Of a DNA stretch of 64,000 nucleotides, positions 36,551 through 50,744 are shown piece after piece. The first letter of the stretch is position 1. Every line of letters starts with the position of its first letter. The translations under genes and the position numbers were made by a program. Source of the stretch: Octopus vulgaris (lineage: Eukaryota); assembly GCA_951406725.2 (NCBI GenBank), contig OX597837.1, positions 15,934,001-15,998,000 of the forward strand. Direction: 5' to 3'. Below the pieces are notes generated by a model that was given only the letters and a program-made list of their open reading frames with translations, was not told where the DNA came from and did not search any database.

Positions 36551-37125
36551 GTCTCTGTTTTTCTCTAATTAGGCTATGTTGGGACCACACAAAACAGTGA
36601 GCCTTTTCTAGTAATATGGTTGTAGATGCTCCGTCAGTTTCGACGATGAGTATTCAGTCGTTCGACCGAATAAACACTTATTGGTGAAATTAAAAGTGGC
36701 TGAATATTCCGAAGACACAAAAACCCGTTAACGCGATACAATAAGAGTTGGACCTTTGAATTACAGATACAATCGAGAGAGAAAGAGAGAGGGAGAGAGG
36801 GGGGAGAGGGGGAGAGGGGGAGAGGGGGAGAGGGGGGAGAGGTGGAGAGAGGGGGAGAAAAGCAGGGTGCGGGTGAAAGGGATCACGGCAGGGTTTCCCT
36901 GTCATTTTTGTCGAACTTGTTAATATTCTGGAAGTGTCATGGCTGTTTGCTGGTGGGGGGGGGGGGGAGGGGGTGAAGGTGAAGGTGGTGGCGGCGGCGG
37001 CGGGGGTCGATCACAATGAGCAGAAATGTCAGCGAAGTCCTGTTAAAGTACAAAACTCCTCTGTTATTTCAACGGACGCTGAACATGTCAGAGAATGCTC
37101 TGACATGTTTTCTTTTGCTGTTGTC

Positions 37126-37157
<32 letters not shown>

Positions 37158-37314
37158 AAACAGCAGCAGCAACAACAACAACAATATCGACAACAGCCAA
37201 AGAGACAAGAAGAGCAACAACGAAGTCTCTGGAAACACCAAAGTAACGGCAACAACAAGAATACAGAAACAACAACCAGGACGACGATGACGACAACAAC
37301 ATCATCATCATCAT

Positions 37315-37348
<34 letters not shown>

Positions 37349-37698
37349 AACAACTACGTCATTCGTCAAAGAAGCCAGAGTCAACAAACGTTCTTTTACA
37401 AGGACGTTTGACTTGCTAGAAATAACAGCCATATTTTACCCCGAAAGCCTTCTGTGCTCTGTTCAGGAACACGAAGTTGCTGTTTCTAAAAAGAAAATAG
37501 AATGAGGATGTAATTCGATATGACAGGATGGCTATGGCTAGAACGCTCTGACGACATTGTCACCTTACCGCCATTTTCTGTGCATTGTTTCGCCAAGATA
37601 ACATTTCTCCAGAGAAACAAATCGTGCGTTTCGTTTCGCTGCAAAAGATCTGTTTACAAGTTTGTTTTATATAAACTAACAACAAAGCGATATACATG

Positions 37699-37764
<66 letters not shown>

Positions 37765-37877
37765 GTTCGCACTCTCTAATACTTAACCCAAACCTACCTA
37801 CCTATCTACATACATACACACATTCATAAACTCACACTCACACAAATATACAATACATATATTCATATTCATGGACC

Positions 37878-37923
<46 letters not shown>

Positions 37924-39703
37924 CGCACGCACGCACGCACGCACACGCACACGCACGCACGCACACGCACGCACACGCACTCCCAGGGACCGACAGAGTA
38001 AACGTTTTGAAATGGCGACCATTTGTAATGTATCGCCACGCGTTGTAATTGATATCGAGAGAAATGAGTAGCGTTTTCGGTGTGTGTTGTGCACGTTAGA
38101 TTATTTCTGATTACTTCAAACTAATCTTTCCGAAGGAAAAGTGAGATGAAGGAAATATCTTGAGTTACGCAAAGATGGAAATATTACCGACCCCGACTGC
38201 ATTTCTTCTATTCTCACAGTATCGAGTGACTGGATTTAATAGCTTAACTAAGAAGCGAACCGAATCTTGAATATCCACATCGTCCTACATTTTGAAAAAG
38301 TGTCGTCGTCAGAGCTTCAAGAAAATACGAAGTAAATGTAATAGGAATTCTATAATGGACGTCTGGAACCATTTTATAGAAAAATTCTTTGACTCGTGGA
38401 AGCAGATAGAATATGGCCATACTGGTGGTACCAGTTGCTATAAAAGGGTGTTTTGTCATTGACGTTTTACTTGATCGGTTGGACTTATGGAGCTGGTTCG
38501 ATTTCCATGGCAGACAAGGGACCGATATTACAACATTCCTGAAAGCAGCGAGCTGGCAGAATCGTTAGCGCACCGGGCGAAATGCTTAGAGGCATTTCGG
38601 TCGTTTTTAAGTTCTGTGTTCGAATGCCGCGGAGGTCGACTTTGCCTTTCATTCTTTCGGGGTTGATAAAATAAGCACCAGTTGACTATTGGGGTCGAGC
38701 TTGCTGGCCTTGTGCCAAAATTGAAACCGGTATTACACCTTTCCTGCCTCCGAACGGGACGCCGGTCAGTCGCAGAGTTCAAGGCCAGCATTTTTGAGGA
38801 GAGAGGAAATGTCAATGACAGCGACACCAGATCTTGACTGGTAAGAGACGAAAGGTGAAGGAACGTGGTATAGTGGTTAGGGTGTTTCACTCATGATCGT
38901 AAGATAGTGGTTTCGAATGTCAGACCGGGCAGTGCGTTGTATTTTTGAAGGAAACGTCCTAAGGCTGGTCACCTGGTTTCTATGACCGAGATCACAACAT
39001 ACTTCCTGAATGGGACATCGGTCCGTTGCAGGGCTCAAAGTTAGCGATTTTGGGCGAAAGAGACTACATCGATCGCAGTCCTTGACTGTCACCACTTTAT
39101 CTCATCAAGGGATGAAAAGGGAAGACACGTGGTATGGTGGTTAAAGTGTTAGATTGTTGCAATCACAGTCACAAGATCATCGATTCGAAACCCAGATCGG
39201 GCAAAAACATTTCATTTCACGTTGCCCCACTCCACTCAGCTGTAAGTGGGTAGATCTACGATGAACTGGGGTCCCGTTTAGAAGAAGAGAATTTGTGAAT
39301 ATGCTCACTTGTACGCCATGGAAACGAGGCAGACGATCCTATAAGTTCATCAGGAGATGAGAGACAATAGTGTCCAGGGACTGATAACGATGATGAAGGA
39401 CTGAAAGTCAACACTGACCTCGGCGGGATTTGAAATCGGAACGTAAAGAGTTAGGAGAAGTTCTGCCAAGCGTTTTGTCCGATGCGCCCAAGATTCTGTG
39501 AGTTCGTCGTCTTTGAAAGGAGTTTCGTCAATAGACACACCATTGACCTCGGTCCTTGTTTTAGTTTCATGTTTTACGTCGATATCTATTTGTCAGCAAC
39601 CACTAAGTTACAGGGCATAAGGGGCTGCAGCGAAGACAACACCATCTCTTAGGGTTCCGAGACCACATGCAAACATAAACATAGGCATATAGAGATGCTC
39701 ATG

Positions 39704-39790
<87 letters not shown>

Positions 39791-40766
39791 ATGAGGGAGG
39801 ACTACTCCTCCCTGAAGAGCAGCCAACAAGCTGTGAAACTATTCTTTTGCTGTATATCAACTGTATAGAAGAAATATTCTCACATTCTTATTTAACCGAC
39901 GGTGTGACTTTATGATATTTACATTTATTTCATTTGTTCCCATTTATAATGTATTGCGCACGAAGCATGAACACAGACGGTGATCTTCTGCACAGTTTCC
40001 ATCGACCCGAACCTCCCCTCATAGGGTACTGGGCCTCCAGAGGCTAGAGTAGAATACGGAGATAACCACTCCGGAATGTTTGCATCTCACTGTCTCGTTA
40101 GGTGGCGCTGTGAGCTGATTTAGGTGTATTTACATCATTTGTCGACCAGCAAGAAATTTTCTCCATGACAAAACATAGTGAATGCCCAACCCAGGAATCG
40201 AAATCTCAATCCTCCAATTATGAGTTCAGCACCCTAACCACTAAACTACGAACCTCTGGAGTAACGTTACGAGTTGGTCTTAGCTGGTCATGCTTGGGGA
40301 TTCAGCCGGAAAGTGTAATGATGATTGCATCTGATAGAACCCAACGAAGGAGATGTCTGAGGATTCTACCCCAACAAAGCCCTCTCAGGAACAGAGGGCG
40401 AAGAAGATGGATGGATATAAGAATATGTAACCCCATTTGCTCTAAATTTAGCGCCGTTTAATTATATCTACTTCACATTTACTCTACATTCAACTACACA
40501 ACTATCAGACTCACTCACCACTTAACACTGTTAAAGTACATTTACTCTCCATTCAACAATATTTAACTATATATTACGTTTAACGACCTTTTTTTTGCAT
40601 CTAGCCACAGTCAACTGGCAGAATCACGAACGCGTCGACCGAAAATGCTAAGCATCTCGTCTTTATTCAACAAAACGGCTTTCATTTTTTGTACTGCAGA
40701 AATATAAGCAAGTTATTGCTCATGATTTTTACAACAGAACTTTATAAGGGACCCCGTATAAACCCC

Positions 40767-40781
40767 GGTTGGGAACCACTG
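40767..40781. mobile_element. Solitary hAT-like terminal inverted repeat
   Basis: ggttgggaaccactg is the reverse complement of CAGTGGTTCCCAACC, a typical hAT/Charlie-type end; the partner end was not found. Confidence 0.4.
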
Positions 40782-41575
40782 GTTTATAGGGATTAGGTTA
40801 AGCGAGCAAGGCTTCTGTAATCAAGTTGTGGTTATTGATGATTTTTAATCCCGAGTCAGCCCTGATCACGCAGAGATGACTTGGGGCTAAACAGAGGCAT
40901 TCCTCTATGACCATTTCATCGAATCCTGTTTCATGCATCTGCTTTCGTACTCAGGATTACATTATTTAATAAGACCCTTTTTAAAAGAGAGTATGAGGTG
41001 ATTTGAAGGAAATTTTGTTGGACAGTTTACTGGTTAGCTGCTATTTCTAGTGTACAGCGCGACCACGTAGAGACACTCTTGTAATTCAGTATTTTGCCGT
41101 TAGTCAGTACTTACATGGTCCCATGAACGTCGGATTAAAAAATACATGTCTAGTGTACTACTTAACCCGAAGTTAAGTTAACCATAATACCCCTGAAATT
41201 CAAGTTGTATTAGATCGCCCTTGATGACCCCAAAAGCAGCTCTGATTGCAATCGGGCATTAAAGATTTGTCGGATGATTAAGCCTCTACGTACACAGTTT
41301 CAGCCTAATTTTAGTCAAAAATACGCAACTAAAGCCAATAATTTAAGCCTTAACTCCTCATCAAGGAATAGATTAAAATATTTATCATAAATAACCTGAA
41401 CTCAGTTCAAATCAAACGCTTCCAACGGCCACGAAGTACGAAAGCTTCTCATTGAATGTCTTTAATACACACACATAGAGCATATCTATGTATGTATGCA
41501 TATATATACATACATACATATATATATGTATACATACATACATACATACATATATATGTATACATACATACATAC

Positions 41576-41622
<47 letters not shown>

Positions 41623-41764
41623 TACACACACACATATACATATATATATAAGGGTGGCTTGTTCGCAATTTTGCAACCGAAAGACAGTAATATATACGTT
41701 ACTTAAGTGACTAAGAGCACTTGTCAATACTGGTGCTGAATAGTGCCCTCACTCACTTTAGTGA

Positions 41765-41869
<105 letters not shown>

Positions 41870-42503
41870 ATATATATATTTACAGATATGTATATAGTTA
41901 TATAGATGTTTATATGTTTGTACATATATATATATATATATTTATACACACCCGCAAATACACACACACAAACACACACACACACTGAGTGTATATAGTT
42001 AGCCTTCCATGAACTTGCAGGGAAGGTTTTAAACTAACTTTGGCGAACCGTAATCTGATTCTGGTTCGTTCTATAACGAACATTTCAGTAAAATGTCGCG
42101 AAATATTTCTCAGGATTAGTTTTAAAATCTCTGTCGGTATTTTTTTCCTGTTGTTTTCTGGTTTTGGATTAATGCGATGATATTACTTTTGCGTCATAAT
42201 TGCAATTTGATCGTCAACGCCGACTGTTTGGTGGGTTTGCAATTATCAAAAGGTTCTTTTTATAAGAAATTAACTCGAATCAATTTGAATCGACTTGAAC
42301 TTAGTTCACTGACGTCAAAATGCGTGTCAGACGAATGAACGAGGGAAAATCCGGGGTTGGCTCAAAGTGTTTCCCCTCAAAATGTCTCACCGTATCCCTT
42401 TTGCGTTTCATCCTCTCAAGATCGAAGAAATAAGTACCATTTGAACACTAGGATCGATATATAAGACTTGTCCCTCTTCAAGCCTGTACCTTTGGCAGAA
42501 ACG

Positions 42504-42554
<51 letters not shown>

Positions 42555-42556
<2 letters not shown>

Positions 42557-42770
42557 AGCAGCGAGCTGGCAGAATCGTTAGCGCGCCGAACAATATGCTT
42601 AGTAGCATTTCGTTCGTCTTTACGTTCTGAGTTCAAATGCCACCGAGGTCGACTTTGCCTTTTATCCGTTTCGGGGTCGATAAAATAAGTACCAGTCAAG
42701 TATTGGGATCGATGTAATCGACTTCTCCCACCCCTCAATATTGCTGGCCTTGTGCCAAAATTAGAAAGGA
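42555..42770 (+). mobile_element. SINE family A copy
   Basis: Full head and core; further copies near 12295, 30131, 30745, 38541, 39400, 44935, 48090, 55636, 61555 and 62215. Confidence 0.85.
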
Positions 42771-44066
42771 CTGTTATTATTATCATTATAAAAGCACGTC
42801 GCCCCATTTACCGTAGAATTGATGTTTTCTCTGGCCTCCATCGGATTTTGTACGTCAGTCATTTTCCACACATTTTTTCTTGTTTTTCTTCCCCCCCCTC
42901 CACCCCCCAACGCAAGAGATCCGCTTACTTTACTTTTCATAACAATTTTGTTGAGAAACCAACACGCGATATCGAGGATCGGTCTTCCTTTGATAACAAC
43001 TCTGTACGGGGTCTTGCCATCGTTTAAACTCTGTGTTTTTGTAAAATCACATTTTCCTTAAAAAAACATGGCCTCCAAGAAAGTCGTGTAATATTCGGTG
43101 GCTGGAGATGAGAGGAAAAGTCACTGGCTCTTCCCTTCTGTTAGAATGTAGCAATCTACCGATGGACGTATCCCTCTTCTTCTCCTTCTTCCTGTCCATT
43201 GCCATTTTGCTCTAAACCAGTTTTGTCACCCCCCCACCACCACCACCATCACCAGTGGCTTTCATTTCTTCTTCGAAACTCTTCCCTCTTCTCCATTTCT
43301 GTCTGTCCCTCGTCACAATCCCTCTTCTGGAACCCATTTCGTGATTCCCTTTGTCCATCTAGTTTCGTCTGTTCTCTTCTAAATATCCTGCCTACCTTCA
43401 CTTTATTTCCTGAATTATACTTCTGGGTACGACTGCATCTGGGGCCCTGGTTTGGGAGTTCCAGAGTTTTGAGGAATCCCATTTTAGCCGACCATTGTTC
43501 CCAGGTCTACTTTGACCCAGATTAGTGCATCTGTCAGGGTCCCCGCCATGGATTAAATAGCATGTGACCACTAGAGCCAGGGTGCATTGAAATCATGGGT
43601 CGCTACACGGTGGCTGTAAACTATCTCAGCAAATGACTTTATTGAGTCAAAAGCGAATAACGCTAAATGCAGATGAAGAGACAAAACAAAAAACTGTCAA
43701 CAGTCAGGACCAGTCAGTTCGGTTAGCAAACAACTGCTTTCATCTGTTGTCGTGGTGTGCATAGATGAGGTATTACAGCCAGCGAAAGACAAATGTGGCT
43801 AAAACTCAAGCCAGACGTTCATTCCACATCGCTCGATCGCGCCGTCTGAAGTTGCACTGGATGGAGGAGTTGCAGTGGCCCGGGAAAGTCACCTGGGCAG
43901 AGGATTTCGATATTTGCCCGACTCGTTTATGCTGGTGCACCACCTTCAAGGGTTTAGTCGACGACGAATCGACTTATTTCTAAGTACTTCAATCTCCTTT
44001 TCTGAGACAAACCAACACCGGTTGCTAAGCGGTGGTAGAGGACAAACAGAAACACAAAGACGCACG

Positions 44067-44120
<54 letters not shown>

Positions 44121-44155
44121 AACACAGTTATACGTATATATATGTATATATATAT

Positions 44156-44190
<35 letters not shown>

Positions 44191-45341
44191 AAGAGAGAGA
44201 GAGAAAGAGAGAGAGAGAAAGAGAGAGAGAGGTTATGAGAGGTAATGGTGTCAGTAAGACCCAAATGTGTCAGGAAATGCTGAGTAAGTGCTACGGACAG
44301 ACCATAGTTAAGCTCCAGGTTCGGTGATTATGAGAATAAGGGGTCCAACGTAGGTCCATACATCAAGAATTTGCAATAAATTCCTTTCCTCGCAATTTCG
44401 TCTTTTGCTTCTTCTTCATTTCAGAAATCGGAATTTGTTGCTGGAAAGATTTCTTTGTGATGTCATTTTTTTTTGTCTGCGTGTTCCGAGCAGAAATTGT
44501 AGGATTTGCCATTGTAGCTGCTGCTGCGGCTTCCGCTGCTGTTGTGGTTGTAGTCGTCGGAATATCGGTCGTCGTCGTCGTCGTAGCAGTAGCAGTAGTA
44601 GTAGTAATGGTGGTGGTAGTGGTGGTGGTGGTGGCGGCGGCGGGTGGCACTCAGCTCTCTGATTTTTCCACCCAACCTACGAGAGGCTCTGAGGTGGCCT
44701 GTGTAACCATAAACATAATTTTGATTTTCTACCCCCAACGACCACCCGCATCTGCTTGCAATCTTTAATATCAAAATAATTAGGAAGATCCTCCAGTGCA
44801 ACAAACACGCAAACCTCTGCAAACCACACTTCTTCAAAGCATTTATTATTTTCCTTTTTCGGAAGGGTGGGGGTGGGGGGTACTGTTTATTCTTTCGACA
44901 GGAAACGTCCTCACCCCAGGGCATATAATATTGGTTTTGAATTCTGGCACAAGGCCAGCAACTTTGTGGGAGAGGCTAAGTCAATTACATCGACCTTAGT
45001 GCTCAACTGGTGCCTGTTTTTATCGACCCCGGTGGCATATGAACTCAGAACGGAAGAAATGCTGCTGGATACTCATCGGGCCAAAGATACCTTAATCAAA
45101 AGAAGTTAACATGGATAATTACTTCTTCCGAGGTTCTGCTATGAATCATGTAGCCTGGATTTTGTCTACTCCATTCCCTAACCCTTTTCAGCTTATCGAA
45201 TTTCGAAATGGGAAAAACTTACAACCTTCTACGTCAATAAACCAGTATTGTTCCCGAAAGTTATTTTTTATACTCTCTACGGAGTGCTCGAAACTTACTA
45301 CCTTCCTACACCTTGCTCTTTGGATCTTACCTTTACTTCTA

Positions 45342-45388
<47 letters not shown>

Positions 45389-46372
45389 AAGAATATAAAA
45401 AAGGGACTAGAACGCAACAGGTGACAACACATCCAGACAGTTATATATGTATGTATACATATACACATATATGTATATGTCATGTTTGTGTGTCTTTATA
45501 TTTGTATCCTACCATTTGACATCCGGTGTTGGTTTGTTAACGTCTCCGTAACTTAGCGATTCGACAAAAGACACCGATCGAATAAGTACTGTGTTAATTT
45601 TTTTTTCGACTAAAACCCTTTAAAGTTGTGGCCCCAAACGGGGCCGCACAGTCCAATAACTGACAGAAAAAGGTAAAAGATAAAAAAAAAAGAAGAAAAG
45701 TTAAAGAAGATGAAAATGTACCGCTAAACTAAACCGGGTTGGTCACGGTTGGAACGCATTTGATCACAGATCTGATCGTTCACGACAACTGACCTGTGAC
45801 GAAACAACAACAACACCACCACCAACAACAACGTCCGTCAGTCCAGTCATTGAATATTAGGAGTAAACGGATCCCTTCATTTATTCTGCTCCAGCGATCA
45901 AAGGTCTTCGATGGCTTCGATATACACGCACGTGAACGTGTATCAGTATCATGGAAGACGTTGAGAGAAGACATCGATACCGAAGAAGACACCTTCCTGC
46001 CTTCCTTCCTCCCTTTCTTCTTCTTCTTCTTCTTCTTCTTCTTCTTCTTCTTCTCCTTCCACCCGTTGCCTCCTCCCACTCCCCCGCGTGGAGAGAGACG
46101 ATGATATCATAAGTGAGGTAACATGAACTTTGATATATTGCTCTCTGTATCGGTTGCAGGAGGAAATGTAGTGCGATACGAAACAAGGAGAGGACATCTG
46201 AAGCATTGCGCCCCCCCCCCCCCGCCGAGGAATGTTTCACACACACACACCTGTGTGTGTCTGTGTGTACGTATGTATGTATGTATATATATATAATTGA
46301 ATGTATATGCATATATATATGTGCATATATACATCTACATACACATACATGTATACATACATATACATACTG

Positions 46373-46407
<35 letters not shown>

Positions 46408-46885
46408 CTCATTCTCTTTCATTACACGCACACACATGTGTGCGCGTGTGTGTGTTTGTATGCTTGTATGTGTGTGTATGTATGTATGTATATGTGTATA
46501 TATGTGTGCTTGTGTGCTTGTATGCTTGTATGTATGTATGTGTGTGTGGTGGTGAGAGTTTAATTCTTTTATTCTTTTACTGGCTTCAATCATTGATTTT
46601 CGCCCATGCTGGGGCACCCCCTTCAGTGACCTTCAGACGATCATATTGATTCTGGTACGTGTTACAGTCTGGCATGTATTTTCTCGGTCTTTATTTCTCG
46701 AAATGCTAAGTTGCGTGATACAATGCAAACATCATTACCGGATTCAGACTGGTATAAATACATAGACTCGTGCACACAGAAACACGGAAACAACCACACT
46801 TATGTGTTTCAAGGGGAAGTGCTAATGGCGTCCACGTTTCGCCAAGGATGGCTTTTCAAACTGTACTGCAAATATTATTCATCGT

Positions 46886-47776
46886 GTGTGGGGCCTGATC
46901 AATAAGAATCCCCACTGTTGCCATAGTAACGAAGCTAAAGCAAGCAATGTGAAGCTACTGGGCACAAATTGATCTTGAACTCTGCTGTGCATGCACACTA
47001 AGTTCTAACGTTCTAGCTCACTTCTGCTGCTTACAGCAGTGCTTGGAAGGAACGTGTGTAGCGTGTGATTGTCGCATTGATCATGACAGAGAAAGTTGAG
47101 CAGAGCATCACCATCAAATTTTGCCAAAAGCTTGGTGATACCTGCTCAGAGGCCTCCGCAAAGTTTTCAAAAAGTCTTCATCGTTCTTGACACAATCAAG
47201 GAGATTTTGTGCGACTGAAACCCGAGCGTCTTTTTGGTCAGCTGAAAGCAGTTTTGGCACAAACTCGGCAGACACGCATCGCGTACTCGAGTCTTTAGTA
47301 ATAATTGATTGAACTGAACCGTAGCTAATCTACACATCCCCTGATAATTCATGGACAGTGATTCGACGATTTCCCCTCGCAGCTGCATGCATATCTGCGC
47401 TGTTGTTTTTTTAGTTCGGCTGGTTGTTGGTCTCCCGGAACGTTCGTCGATATCGACATTTATTCTGCCATCTTGGAATCGTCTGAACCACTCGTACACT
47501 AGGGTGCGGCTCATACACTCCTCTCCGTACACTTTCTGCCACTTTGCGTAGGCCTCTGAGCAGGTATCGCCATGACAACTTTCTCGTCGTGGTCAATGCG
47601 ACGACCACACGCTACACACACCTTCCTTCCAAGCACTGCTGTAGACAGCGGAAGTGAGCTAAAACGTTAAAACCGAATGCGCATGCACAGCGGAGTCCAA
47701 GGTCAACAGCGGTATGTCTCTGCGTGTTTTAGCTTCGTTACTATGGCAACAATCCGAATACTTATTGATCAGACCT

Positions 47777-47780
<4 letters not shown>
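46886..47780 (-). mobile_element. Non-autonomous mariner derivative with long inverted ends
   Basis: TIR core ctgatcaataag/cttattgatcag; about 250-bp inverted subterminal arms; internal fragment YGEECMSRTLVYEWFRRFQDGR..DERSGRP. Confidence 0.88.
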
Positions 47781-47814
<34 letters not shown>

Positions 47815-47816
<2 letters not shown>

Positions 47817-47937
47817 CTCTGACGAAAGTAGCATTAATTTTCTCAGGTTGTTTTAATTCACCTCAGTTGATTAATTGACCAACTGAGTAAACTTATTAGT
47901 AACGTACCTATAAGACTACTGGAAACAACTGTAAGGC
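47815..47937 (+). ncRNA. Type I hammerhead ribozyme motif with extended stem II
   Basis: ggct-CTGACGA-a-agtag..ctact-g-GAAACaactGTA-aggc, starting directly after a (TA)n tract; internal hairpin ctcagttg/caactgag. Confidence 0.7.
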
Positions 47938-48343
47938 ACATTTGCTCCAATAATGGAATTATATCTAATGTCCATTATTTTAACTTGTTAAGATCTCCAT
48001 GCAGTGAGTTTGAATCGGAGATTCCGTAGCTGCAAAGCGAACTTCGTAACCATCCGTCAATACTACTATAATAGCATGTTGAGGGGGCGATAGTGGTTGA
48101 AACCACTGACATTGTTTTACGCTATTCGTTTCCAGGTCTCCGTTCAAACTACGCCCAGGTCACCTTTGCCTTTCATCCTTTTATGGGCCGAAAAATATTA
48201 GTCAAGTCTGGAGTGGAATTAGTTCAGCCTCGGCTGTGGTCACAAGATGTCTGTGGTTTCCACACAGCTAAGATCGGAGAGTTACTTCTACCCTATAATA
48301 CCTATTTTCATCTAACAACACTTCATGAAGTGCATGTATACAG

Positions 48344-48520
48344 GGAACAGTGAACAAATGAACAGTGTTTAGTAAACAGTAAACAGCGAATAATGGACAA
48401 TGGATAGTGGACAGAGAATAGAGGATTGTGTGTAGTGAACAGCGGATGGTGTACAGTTCGCAGTGAAAAATGAACTGCGTATAGTGAACAGTGAGCAGTG
48501 AACAGTGAACAGTGAACAGT
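48344..48520. repeat. Degenerate heptamer tandem repeat (AACAGTG)n
   Basis: gtgaaca units, purest at 48484-48520. Confidence 0.85.
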
Positions 48521-48639
48521 ACGTGATACAGTTTCTGTTTACCCGATCAGTTTCTGTGGAATCTCGATCTTTTAGGCTAGGTTTTTTTATGCTGCCTTAA
48601 AAGCCTTTTTGTCGAAGGGTGCAGCTTATCGATACATTC

Positions 48640-49480
48640 CATCTTTATGTTAAAGGAGGTAGAAAAGGGTATCCTATCCACCCACTACCCCTCTGTGTTA
48701 AACGGATAGGCTATCTGTTTAATACAACTTTGTGTTAAACGGGTACTGTTTGCTCGCAACACCTTTATGTTACTGGGGTGGGGTAGGGTCGAGTATCTGA
48801 TCACCACACCTTCATGTTAAAGGGGTGGACTGCCTGTTCGCTGTCCCTTTATATCAGAGGGATTAGAGTGCCTGTTCATTATATTAAAAAGTTGAACTCT
48901 CTTTTCATTACATATTTATGTTTAAAGAAGGTAGAGAATCGGTTCAATGTACCTTTGTGTCAGAGGGGTGAACTACTGCTGCCTATACCCAGGTGTTAAA
49001 TGGGTAGACTGCTTGCTCACTACGCCTTTGTATTAAACGGGTAGTTTGTCAGCTCCCTAAACCTTTGTGTAGAAGAGTGCCTGGATTTTGTTCCTTTATG
49101 TTAAAGACATAAATGTCTGCTCCTAACATCTCTATGTTAAAAGGAGAGAATGACCCCGCTTAAAAAAAACCTTTGTGCAAAAAACTATTCATTACTTCAA
49201 CTTTATATTAAAGAGGCAGATTGCTTCCTCACTAATCCTGTGTGTTTAAGGGACAGCTCGCCTGTCAGTACATTCCAGTCGCCTGTTTTTTCGCTCTACC
49301 CTTTACATTAAAGAGGTAGGAGAGGGTGGCCTGGCTGCTCAGACTCCGCCTTCTGGTTAACGGCGTTGCCCGTCTGATCACTACACCTCTTTACGTTAAA
49401 ACGGGTAGCCTGTCTGATGTTTACCTTAAAATTAACAGACATGACTACCGCCATCCCTTCATAGCCTTGTATGTTACAGA
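48640..49480. repeat. Highly diverged minisatellite of about 37 bp, roughly 20 units
   Basis: CTTTRTGTTAAA-like core at 48691, 48728, 48763, 48810, 48847, 48953, 48989, 49026, 49063 and beyond. Confidence 0.8.
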
Positions 49481-49609
49481 GAAACCGGGTACTCTCCTCC
49501 TGCCACCCCTCGCCATGCTATACTTTTGTTATAAGCATAGTTTGTCTGCTCTTAACAGCAATTCAGTTAAGACATTCATCAGTTTGGCTGACCTTCACCT
49601 TTGCATGAA

Positions 49610-49648
<39 letters not shown>

Positions 49649-49785
49649 TGTGTGTGTGTGTGTGTGTGTGGATAAGTCTGCCGGTTCACCCCACCTCCTG
49701 CTCCCTTTCTCTTGTACCCTTTCATACATAATGGCAATGAAACACATCAATCAATCCAGATAATGTAAAACCTGACAATGCTATT

Positions 49786-49816
<31 letters not shown>

Positions 49817-50528
49817 GTGTGTGTGCGTGCGTGTGTGTGTGCGAGTATATGTAGACGTATGCAAGTGTGTTTATGCAACTGTATGTATGTGTACATTTGT
49901 TTGTAGGTGTGCATCTGTAAATGCCTATGCATGCACACACATATACGTGTGTGTATACACATGTATATGAATGAATATACATTTACATACATACATAGAT
50001 ATATATATATATATATACATATATACATATATACATATATATATATATTCAAACATACATTTTTATATACATACATATACACATACATGCATTTATATAT
50101 ATATATATATATATATACATACATAAATAATATATATGTATGTACAATTCATGTATATAAATATATATGTACATATATGTATATATAAATATGTGTGTGC
50201 GTGGGTGTTTGTATATGTGCGTTATGTGCATATATGTATGTATGTATGTATGATGCACAGTACACCATAAATCAGAAGAACTGAAATAAAGGCTTACTGA
50301 AGATAAAATATGTCTGTTTGCATTTTCTTTTAAACCACAGTGAGGCTTTGTAATATTTAAATGAACATTACGCTCAGCCTAAAGAAGATATTGTTCAATT
50401 AATGCTGAGCCAAGGAACTCAAAGAAATACAAATGAGACTTCTTCACCACGGAGATGAGGGCTATGCATGAAACCCCCGATTTGTCCCTTGAGTCACGTT
50501 AGCAATTTTCTGCAGTTTAAAGACTAAA

Positions 50529-50600
<72 letters not shown>

Positions 50601-50695
50601 TATAAAAAGTGTAAGTGGCATACGAGTGGGTATATATTTATAAAAAAGAAGTTTGAAAACGCCACTATATAAGATAAATTTTAATTTTCTGAGAG

Positions 50696-50744
50696 ATTTT
50701 ACATGTTTCGGTTCTTCTTGAAAAAACGAACCTTATCAAAACTA
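50696..50744 (-). ncRNA. Variant hammerhead-like motif with a U3-A8 core
   Basis: TTGATAA-ggttc..gaacc-GAAACatGTA with palindromic ACATGT; stem I is weak. Confidence 0.6.

Noticed and set aside
36934-37505. Low-complexity ORFs (poly-N/T/A) resembling a transcription factor N-terminus; similar cases at 44363-44650 and 45796-46104
   Set aside because: Driven by triplet repeats, with no domain and no consistent splice chain
48640-49480. CRISPR-like repeat-spacer reading of the 37-bp array
   Set aside because: Units are too divergent, the variable half still shows similarity between units, there are no cas genes, and the DNA is eukaryotic
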